DNA from: a virus
Taxonomy: Duplodnaviria; Caudoviricetes
Length of the DNA stretch: 54,565 bases
Virus record (IMG/VR): IMGVR_UViG_3300044676_000159
Location: 1 to 54,565 of that record
Strand: one strand, 5' to 3'
Shown: piece by piece, positions 47,524-54,565 of the stretch
Position numbering within the stretch: position 1 is the first letter of the stretch
Layout of the letters: each line of letters begins with the position of its first letter
Notes under the pieces: generated by a model
What the model saw: only the letters and a program-made list of their open reading frames with translations
Databases searched by the model: none
Told to the model about the DNA's origin: nothing
Made by a program: the position numbers and the translations under genes

Positions 47524-47537
47524 GGGAGGATTAGATT

Positions 47538-48023
47538 ATGCCTACAGTAACTACACTTTCTTCTGCCGCACGTGGTGCTGGCGCACGAGGCCGTCAGCCG
47601 TACATGGTACAGCATGAAATTGATATTGCTGCTGCAGCTACCGCTAAAGGTTCTGCGCTGGCTGCTGGCGACATTGTTGAAGCCATTTCAGTTCCTGCTG
47701 AAACCATGATTATGGCTGCTGGTATTGAAATCATGACTGCCGCTACAGCTACTGCTGCTACCGTACACCTTGGTGTAACTGGTGGTGACGTAGATAACTG
47801 GGCAGTTGATTTTGACATCACTGGTGCTGCTGGTACTTACAGCACTGTGCCTGAAGGCGATGCTAACCCTGTAATGGTTACTTCTGCTGATACTCTTGAC
47901 GTTGAACTGAACGCTGTCACTTCGCTGACTGCTGGTAAGATTCGCGTTTGGGCGTTGATGCTTAACGTATCCGACATGGGAAGCATGGGTGCTGACGAAG
48001 TAGACCGCGACACACTCGCCTAA
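47538..48023 (+). CDS. Putative capsid decoration / minor capsid protein
   Basis: Ala-rich beta protein co-transcribed with MCP before a terminator. Confidence 0.6.
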   Translation: MPTVTTLSSAARGAGARGRQPYMVQHEIDIAAAATAKGSALAAGDIVEAISVPAETMIMAAGIEIMTAATATAATVHLGVTGGDVDNWAVDFDITGAAGTYSTVPEGDANPVMVTSADTLDVELNAVTSLTAGKIRVWALMLNVSDMGSMGADEVDRDTLA

Positions 48024-48033
48024 CTAACGTATT

Positions 48034-48069
48034 GGGGCAGCTTTCGGGTTGCCCCTTTACATCTTTTGA
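48034..48069 (+). terminator. Rho-independent terminator after the capsid operon
   Basis: GGGGCAGCT-TTCG-GGTTGCCCC followed by a T-rich tract. Confidence 0.8.
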
Positions 48070-48087
48070 TTTTCTTGGAGAGAAACT

Positions 48088-48525
48088 ATGGCAATTACAA
48101 CTGCTATGTGTACCAGTTTTAAATCTGAACTGATGGGCGGCACTCACGACCTTGATACGGATGTGCTTAAACTGGCACTTATTAAAGATACCCCTACTGG
48201 CACATATGATGCCACAACTACGAATTACTCTGATGTAACTGGTAACTCTGATGAGGCTACTGGTACTAACTACACTGCTGGTGGTCAGAACCTTGATGGC
48301 GCAGTTATTGCGACAAGTGGCACGACTGCTTATCTTGACTTTACTGATGAAGTGTTTGCTGATGTAACTGTATCAGCAGATGGTTGTATCATTTACAATT
48401 CATCAAAAGCCAATCGTGCAATCGCTGTCATTGACTTTGGTGGCACTGTTGCTGCTACGGCTGGTGACTTGACTATTGAATTTCCTACTGCTGACGCATC
48501 CAACGCAATCATTCGTATTGCATAA
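48088..48525 (+). CDS. Virion structural protein
   Basis: AMCTSFKSEL...YTAGG...IIYN...DFGG motif family. Confidence 0.6.
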   Translation: MAITTAMCTSFKSELMGGTHDLDTDVLKLALIKDTPTGTYDATTTNYSDVTGNSDEATGTNYTAGGQNLDGAVIATSGTTAYLDFTDEVFADVTVSADGCIIYNSSKANRAIAVIDFGGTVAATAGDLTIEFPTADASNAIIRIA

Positions 48526-48535
48526 GGAGTAGAAC

Positions 48536-49258
48536 ATGGCGTTCTACGATTCCTCTGATGCACTTTATGGAACTGGTGTTTATGGCTCCCCACTATACGG
48601 AGTTGTAACACCTAATGTTGCATTAACAGGAGTCAGCGCGACAGTAACAGTAGCATCAGTTGCGGTTACTGGTTTTGAGATTGACATCTCTGAAGTTCTT
48701 GACAGCGTATCTGCTACTACTTCTGTAGGCACACTACAAGTAAATATTACTGAAATACTTTCAGGTGTAAGTGCTACTGTTTCCATCGGTACACTGGAAG
48801 CAAAAACTACAGAAGCAATTGATAGCGTATCTGCTACAGCTTCACTTGGTTCAATACAAGTAAATGTTACCGAAATTATTAGTGGCGTACAAGGTACATT
48901 TGCAGTCAACGATAATTGGAACATTCGGTCTGTTAAGACTGTTCCTGTGTCTGGTGTCGTTGGAACAACTGCAGTAAACGATACATTTAACTTTGTAGTC
49001 ACAATCGGGCCTATCGCAAGTGTAAGTGCTACAGCAGTGCTTGGGTCACTGCAAGAGGTCACAACCAGCGAACCACTTGACAGTGTATCGGCTACGGTAT
49101 CCATCGGAACGATTACAGCCACAGGTGTACAGTTTGACTTTGAGGCAGTCAAGACATTGTACGACAGACGCAGAACTGCATATGTTGAAAAACAACTGCC
49201 TCGTATTGTATATGTTGCAAAACAATCTACTGCCGCTGAAAGACGTGCGGCTGCGTAG
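48536..49258 (+). CDS. Virion fibre-like protein with VSAT repeats
   Basis: Repeated (D/G)(S)VSAT.S.G units; YGTGVYG. Confidence 0.6.
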   Translation: MAFYDSSDALYGTGVYGSPLYGVVTPNVALTGVSATVTVASVAVTGFEIDISEVLDSVSATTSVGTLQVNITEILSGVSATVSIGTLEAKTTEAIDSVSATASLGSIQVNVTEIISGVQGTFAVNDNWNIRSVKTVPVSGVVGTTAVNDTFNFVVTIGPIASVSATAVLGSLQEVTTSEPLDSVSATVSIGTITATGVQFDFEAVKTLYDRRRTAYVEKQLPRIVYVAKQSTAAERRAAA

Positions 49259-49267
49259 GAGAACAAA

Positions 49268-49612
49268 ATGTCATTTCGCTGGCCTGTAAAAGACCCTGAT
49301 GAATCACTAGACTATAGCATGGACTGGTCACGTTTTCTTGACACAGCTACTATTTCATCTGTAACATGGTTTGTTAAGACGCCAGAGATTGGAAAGACGC
49401 AGATTGATGCTGGCGAAACTTTGACTACGGCTTCTGGCAGCACAGTCACTGATAGCATTCAGAATATCTCACAGACTAATACAAACACTGTAGCTACAAT
49501 CAATCTTGGTGGCGGTGTATTAAATAGAGATTACTCATTTATTTGTCAGATTGTAGACAGCACAGGTAGTACTGCTGAACGCACTGTTAAACTTAACATA
49601 AGGCAGAAGTAA
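49268..49612 (+). CDS. Putative fibre adaptor protein
   Basis: KDPDESLDYSMDW motif. Confidence 0.55.
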   Translation: MSFRWPVKDPDESLDYSMDWSRFLDTATISSVTWFVKTPEIGKTQIDAGETLTTASGSTVTDSIQNISQTNTNTVATINLGGGVLNRDYSFICQIVDSTGSTAERTVKLNIRQK

Positions 49613-50343
49613 TGGCATATAATTATCTTGGACTTGTAAACGAAGTAAATAGACGACTGAATGAAACAGAACTTACGTCATCTAACTTTGCCAGTGCTTC
49701 AGGGTTTTATGCACACGCAAAAGATGCTATCAATGCTTCACTCCGTGATATTAACCAGACAGAATTTAACTGGCCTTTCAATCACGTTGAGCAAGAGGAT
49801 GTCCTATCCGCTAACGTAACACGCTATGCTTTCCCACACGATGCTAAACTATTGGATTTTGACAGTTTCCGTATCAAGGAAGATAGCACACTTGGTAATG
49901 CTACCACGCGACTTGGTATCATTACATACGAAGAGTATCTTGATAAGTATGTAGACCAAGAATATAATAACACAGGACGGCAAGGTGTACCACAGTTGGT
50001 GGCACACGGTCCTGCACTTGAGTATATTGTAACACCAGAACCTAATGCAGCATATACTGTAGTTTACGAGTATTATCGTGTACCTGTAGACTTGGAACTG
50101 TATGATGACGTTCCTGCTGTGCCAGAAAGATTTAAGCATGTGGTTGTAGATGGTGCTATGCACTACGCATACTTGTTCCGTGGCAACTCGCAGGACGCTT
50201 TGATTGCTAAAGAGAAATATCAAGAAGGCATTAAGAATATGCGTTCTATGCTGATTAACCGCACTTACTATGTACGTTCATACATGATTCCACAGAACAC
50301 TGGTGGTGGTGGACGAATGGGCTATGCGAGGTTGCCCATCTAA
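49612..50343 (+). CDS. Head-tail adaptor / tail tubular protein A-like
   Basis: YLGLVNEV..RLNE, WPF, PEPNAAY; position in tail module. Confidence 0.65.
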   Translation: MAYNYLGLVNEVNRRLNETELTSSNFASASGFYAHAKDAINASLRDINQTEFNWPFNHVEQEDVLSANVTRYAFPHDAKLLDFDSFRIKEDSTLGNATTRLGIITYEEYLDKYVDQEYNNTGRQGVPQLVAHGPALEYIVTPEPNAAYTVVYEYYRVPVDLELYDDVPAVPERFKHVVVDGAMHYAYLFRGNSQDALIAKEKYQEGIKNMRSMLINRTYYVRSYMIPQNTGGGGRMGYARLPI

Positions 50344-51866
50344 TGGCTGATGCATGGCAGACCCATTCATTTGAATTTAAGGGTGGCTTGATTACAAACC
50401 TTTCTCCATATCAGCAAGGTTTTCAAGCACCGGGTTCTGCACGTATTCTGCGTAACTTTGAACCTTCAATCTTCGGTGGTTACACACGTATTGAAGGGTT
50501 TGATAAGTTTGATACGAATGCCCTGTCTAATACAGGTGTTGTTCGTGGAATACACCGCTACGATGATAAAGTGTTTGCTTGCCGTGGCAATGACTTGTTC
50601 TTCTCAACTGGTTCTGGTTGGACACAAGTAAGTGACAATGCTACATACAGTAGCGCAGGTGTTACCATCGGTGGTTCTGGCAAAGTACGTTTTTTGAAAT
50701 ACGACTTTGATGGTACAGAAAAACTGATGCTGGTTGATAGTACAGGTAAGCCATACAGATTTGACGGTACAACATTTGAACAACTAACATCACTGTCTGC
50801 AGATACATCTGGTTCAAGTTTTATTGTCAACTTTAAAAACCACATCGTACTTGGCAATGGAAAAAAGATAATTTTTTCTGCTCCATATGAAGATGATGAC
50901 TTTACAATTGCTAACGGTGGTGGTATAATTAATGTTGCAGATACGATTACAGGACTGATTGTTTTCCGTGAGCAACTGATTATCTTCAGTGAAAGCAGCA
51001 TTAATGTAATCAATGGTAATAGTGTAGCAGACTTTACAATGCAACCTGTTTCTCGTGACTTGGGTTGTGTGGCTGCAGATACCATTCAGGAAATTGGCGG
51101 TGACATTATATTCCTTGGTCCTGATGGACTGCGCCTCTTTTCTGCGACAGACCGCATCGGTGACTTTAGCCTTGCTGCTGTATCAAAGACTATTCAGGTT
51201 GAGATACTTGACCTAATCACAAGTAGCCCTAATGGTTTTGCAAGCACAGTCATTCGTGAGAAAAGTCAGTATCGTTTGTTTGGTTACAATACCAGTTACA
51301 CTAATGACTCTGGAAAAGGTATTGGTGCTACACAGTTGCAAGAAGGTATAGCCTTCAACGATATGCGAGGCATCAACGCATTTGTAACATACAGTGAGTA
51401 TGATGGATTTGCAGAACGTATCTACTTTGCTAATGCAGATGGATATGTATATCAGATGGAGCAGGGCAATACATTTGATGGAACAGATATTCCAGCAACA
51501 TTTGCCACACCGTTTGTTCCTTTGGGCGACCCCAATGTCCGTAAGACAATCTACAAAGGAACAACTTATCTGGACGTGAATGGTGACTTTGACCTTGAGT
51601 TCTCACTCAAGTTTGACTTTGATCAGCCGGGTTCAGTTCAACCAGACTCTGTGTTGTCAAGTGATGCAGCCGCATCTATTACATACGGTTCTGGTATTTA
51701 TGGTACATCATTGTTTGGTGTTAAACAAAAAGCCATATATGATGTACAGACAATAGGTTCAGGATTTACAGTGTCAATTTTATACGAAACAACAGGAACC
51801 AACACAGATGCTGTATTTACGATTGACGCTGCCACGTTGCAGTTCACTACCAACGCTAGGAGATAA
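50343..51866 (+). CDS. Tail nozzle / tubular protein B-like
   Basis: 507 aa beta-propeller-like; GC....TIQE.GGD..FL..DG. Confidence 0.65.
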   Translation: MADAWQTHSFEFKGGLITNLSPYQQGFQAPGSARILRNFEPSIFGGYTRIEGFDKFDTNALSNTGVVRGIHRYDDKVFACRGNDLFFSTGSGWTQVSDNATYSSAGVTIGGSGKVRFLKYDFDGTEKLMLVDSTGKPYRFDGTTFEQLTSLSADTSGSSFIVNFKNHIVLGNGKKIIFSAPYEDDDFTIANGGGIINVADTITGLIVFREQLIIFSESSINVINGNSVADFTMQPVSRDLGCVAADTIQEIGGDIIFLGPDGLRLFSATDRIGDFSLAAVSKTIQVEILDLITSSPNGFASTVIREKSQYRLFGYNTSYTNDSGKGIGATQLQEGIAFNDMRGINAFVTYSEYDGFAERIYFANADGYVYQMEQGNTFDGTDIPATFATPFVPLGDPNVRKTIYKGTTYLDVNGDFDLEFSLKFDFDQPGSVQPDSVLSSDAAASITYGSGIYGTSLFGVKQKAIYDVQTIGSGFTVSILYETTGTNTDAVFTIDAATLQFTTNARR

Positions 51867-51868
51867 TA

Positions 51869-54364
51869 ATGGGTACAGGTTACACTCGTAATGATACCGC
51901 CAACAACATTGCAGACGGGAACGTAATCAACGCCTCTGACCTTGACGGAGAGTTTGATGCAATTCAGGCAGCGTTCAACGCAACAACTGGTCACAGTCAC
52001 GATGGTACGACAGGTGAAGGTCCACAAATCGGCACAGGCGGTATTGCTGATTTAGCGGTAACAACTGGTAAGATTGCCAATGACGCTGTGACACTTGGTA
52101 CTAAAACATCAGGTAACTATGTTGCTACTGGTGCAGTAAGCGGTGTAGGTCTATCTGGTTCAGCCAGTGCTGAAGGCGCAACATTTACAGTCACATCTAA
52201 TGCTACAGACGCAAATACAGCAAGTACAATCGTTGCTCGTGATGCAAGTGGTAATTTTTCTGCTGGTACAATTACTGCTAATTTGTCAGGTAATGCTACT
52301 ACGGCTACAACTGCGACAACGGCTAATTCTGTTGCAGCAGATTCAGTTGCATTAGGTACTGATACAACAGGCAACTACGTTGCTGCTGGCGCAGTTAGCG
52401 GTGTAGGTCTTTCAGGGTCTGCTTCTAGCGAAGGCGCAACATTTACAGTTACATCCAATGCCACCTCTGCAAACACGGCAAGCACCATTGTAGCCCGTGA
52501 TGCAAGTGGCAATTTTTCTGCCGGAACCATCACGGCTAACCTTACAGGAACAGCATCTAATGCTACCAACGCCGCCGATGCAGCCCTGCTTGACAGCCTT
52601 GACAGCACACAGTTTCTTCGTAGCGATGCAGCAGATACCAAGACAGCAGGTGACTTGTCTTTCGCAGATAACGTGAAGGCCGTGTTTGGTGCTGGCGGCG
52701 ATTTTGAGATTGTTCACACTGGCACCAATACAAACTTGAGAGAAAACGGAACTGGTAATCTTAATGTCTGGGGCGATGACATTTATTTTTATAATTCTGC
52801 CGGAACCGAAACCAAAGCATCTTATCTGTCAAACGGTGCAGTAACGCTTTACTACGACAACTCACCCAAACTCGCCACCACCTCTGGCGGCATTGACGTA
52901 ACTGGCACGGTCACGGCTGATGGGCTGACTGTAAGCACAGACAGTTATAGACAGTTATTGCTAACATATCCTGATGCTTTCACATCAAAGCTACAGGTGG
53001 GCTTTTCTAACTTTTATGTGCAGGGGTCGTCTACGACAGATGAATTAACAATAGCAAATAACTCAAGCGGTCAGACTAAGTTTATAAATCAAAGCAAGGC
53101 CTCTTTGCTTATTGATAACTCAAACGATATCAGCTTCTACGACTCAACGGGGTCAAGCCAATCGTTCTACTGGGATGCCAGTGAAGTACGATTAGGGCTA
53201 GGAACTACAAGTCCTGCCAGAAACCTTCATCTGTATGCAGAAAATTCGGACGCTTCTGTCCGGTTTGAAAATACTGCAAATAGTAAGGTGTTTGAAATTA
53301 ACCCCTCAATACCGGGGGTTGCTAACACCGGATTAAGCATAGTCAACGTCACTGACAACACCGTCCCACTACACGTTGATAACAGCGGCAACGTGGGCAT
53401 CGGAGTGTCAACAGTATCCGGTAAACTGCATTTGAGTGAAAGCGGTGCTACCAATGCCGCCGCCACGATTTTTTCTCTTGATGGTTATCACAGCACGTTC
53501 GGCGCAAACCTAGCTAAAAGTTCAGGCACATATACCACACCAGCTACAAGCCTTTCTGGTGGTGCGTGGGAATATCAGCCAGTCAATAGTTTGAATGGAC
53601 ACGGCCAGATGATTTATTTGTCTGCGCCCGACACAAACAGTTCGGCTGCAACACCTCTGGAGAGACTTCGAATAGATAACAGTGGCAATTTTTTATTGGG
53701 CAAAAGCACAGCGTCTGGCGCAAACACTGAAGGCGTTGAACTCAGGCCAACTTTGTCTACGTTCACAAGCGATGGTGGAACAGCGGTTTATGTTTCTAGG
53801 CTGACTAATAATGGTGATTTAATTAGCTTTGAAAAAGACAGCACCGCTGTGGGGTCTATCGGTGTTGACGGTGGTGACAACCTCTACCTGACAGGAGAAT
53901 CAGGCAACACAGGCGGCATCTACATGAACGATGCTGCTGTCAGCCCTGCATATCAAGGCGCAGAAAGAGATGCGTACTACGACTTGGGTAAAGGGGCGGC
54001 ACGGTGGAAAAACCTTCACCTCTCAGGCCAAGCCAACGTAGGCACAGCGGTTGCCGCTACGCAATCTGCCAGCGTGACAGGTTCAACCACACTTGATTTC
54101 AGCACCTATCAAAACTTTATCTTGACGATGACAGGCAACATCACTCTGGCGCAACCGTCAACGGAGCAAGCTGGGCAATCTGGTTTCATCATTTTTATCC
54201 ACAGCGGTGCGGCACGAACTGTATCACTTGGCGCAGATTACGAAACTGCTGGTGCCTCTGGTCTTACTTTGTCGGGTGCAAGCGGTGCGGTTGACCTTGT
54301 GCCGTATGTCGTGCAGTCAAGCGGCAACATCCTGCTTGGCGCACCGCAACTGGCATTCGCGTAG
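51869..54364 (+). CDS. Tail fibre protein
   Basis: N-terminal GHSHDG anchor, G/T/A-rich repeats, GNVGIG and LGLGT motifs. Confidence 0.8.
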   Translation: MGTGYTRNDTANNIADGNVINASDLDGEFDAIQAAFNATTGHSHDGTTGEGPQIGTGGIADLAVTTGKIANDAVTLGTKTSGNYVATGAVSGVGLSGSASAEGATFTVTSNATDANTASTIVARDASGNFSAGTITANLSGNATTATTATTANSVAADSVALGTDTTGNYVAAGAVSGVGLSGSASSEGATFTVTSNATSANTASTIVARDASGNFSAGTITANLTGTASNATNAADAALLDSLDSTQFLRSDAADTKTAGDLSFADNVKAVFGAGGDFEIVHTGTNTNLRENGTGNLNVWGDDIYFYNSAGTETKASYLSNGAVTLYYDNSPKLATTSGGIDVTGTVTADGLTVSTDSYRQLLLTYPDAFTSKLQVGFSNFYVQGSSTTDELTIANNSSGQTKFINQSKASLLIDNSNDISFYDSTGSSQSFYWDASEVRLGLGTTSPARNLHLYAENSDASVRFENTANSKVFEINPSIPGVANTGLSIVNVTDNTVPLHVDNSGNVGIGVSTVSGKLHLSESGATNAAATIFSLDGYHSTFGANLAKSSGTYTTPATSLSGGAWEYQPVNSLNGHGQMIYLSAPDTNSSAATPLERLRIDNSGNFLLGKSTASGANTEGVELRPTLSTFTSDGGTAVYVSRLTNNGDLISFEKDSTAVGSIGVDGGDNLYLTGESGNTGGIYMNDAAVSPAYQGAERDAYYDLGKGAARWKNLHLSGQANVGTAVAATQSASVTGSTTLDFSTYQNFILTMTGNITLAQPSTEQAGQSGFIIFIHSGAARTVSLGADYETAGASGLTLSGASGAVDLVPYVVQSSGNILLGAPQLAFA
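52088..52558 (+). repeat. Internal tandem duplication in the tail fibre (258-nt period)
   Basis: GNYVA.GAVSGVGLSGSAS.EGATFTVTSNAT.ANTASTIVARDASGNFSAGTITANL occurs twice. Confidence 0.85.
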
Positions 54365-54373
54365 GGAGTAACT

Positions 54374-54565
54374 ATGTCTGGTCCTTTTGGTTCAAGTCAA
54401 TGGATGTACGCATCAGGCGGGTTTTACGGCACTGAGATTGATAACTCGTTGCGGTTCAATGACAATGACAGTGCATATCTATCTCGCACACCATCATCTG
54501 CTGGCAACCAACAGATTTGGACTTGGTCTGGCTGGGTGAAGCGGGGGAATATTACGCTTGGTTCA
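54374..54565 (+). CDS. Tail fibre / lectin-like protein, N-terminal part (runs off the window)
   Basis: MSGPFGSSQWMY...IDNSLRFNDNDSAYLSRTP...WTWSGWVKRG; GGAG RBS. Confidence 0.7.
   Translation, partial: MSGPFGSSQWMYASGGFYGTEIDNSLRFNDNDSAYLSRTPSSAGNQQIWTWSGWVKRGNITLGS

Larger units (their letters stand above)
1..54565. mobile_element. Near-complete HMO-2011-type podovirus genome (circularly permuted contig)
   Basis: Terminase, portal, scaffold, capsid, tail and T7-like replication genes are present; PolA has a DnaJ zinc-finger insert; integrase lies next to primase; no host housekeeping genes. Confidence 0.92.

Noticed and set aside
48580-49266. Long antisense ORFs opposite structural genes (also 5579-6139, 9165-9680, 50558-51085)
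   Set aside because: Shadow frames produced by codon bias of the real genes
52088-52558. Diversity-generating retroelement template/variable repeat pair
   Set aside because: Both copies are in frame within one gene, differences are not adenine-specific, and there is no reverse transcriptase
54374-54565. Exact circular join of the window end to position 1
   Set aside because: Joining shifts the reading frame and no terminal overlap is visible, so sequence is missing

Overview
The window is a nearly complete, circularly permuted ~55 kb genome of a marine podovirus of the HMO-2011 type. The host is inferred to be alphaproteobacterial (SAR116/Roseobacter-like). Diagnostic features are a family A DNA polymerase with an inserted DnaJ-type CxxCxGxG zinc finger, a tyrosine integrase upstream of primase/helicase, a class II RNR, MazG, and no phage RNA polymerase. 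A minus-strand early/replication arm (~10.7-29 kb) and a plus-strand lysis/packaging/virion arm (~29.9 kb to the end, continuing at 1-10.7 kb) diverge from a non-coding control region (28.4-29.9 kb) and converge on a bidirectional terminator at 10.7 kb. The window begins and ends inside what looks like the same tail-fibre gene, with its middle missing. The most notable unexplained signals are: (1) three GC-rich, heavily base-paired non-coding blocks in the early arm (~580, ~400 and ~170 nt), one with its own promoter and one with a pseudoknot and a degenerate hammerhead core; (2) a recurring x-x-x-Gly-Gly motif in seven unrelated late proteins, including two stacked cargo genes with a shared C-terminal tag and a visible recombination scar; (3) a 1479-aa polyvalent protein (zincin peptidase, ADP-ribosyltransferase-like and unknown domains); (4) apparent CCWGG avoidance; (5) ArfA-like and RMF-like mini-proteins. 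All family calls come from motif recognition by eye; no database search was run.
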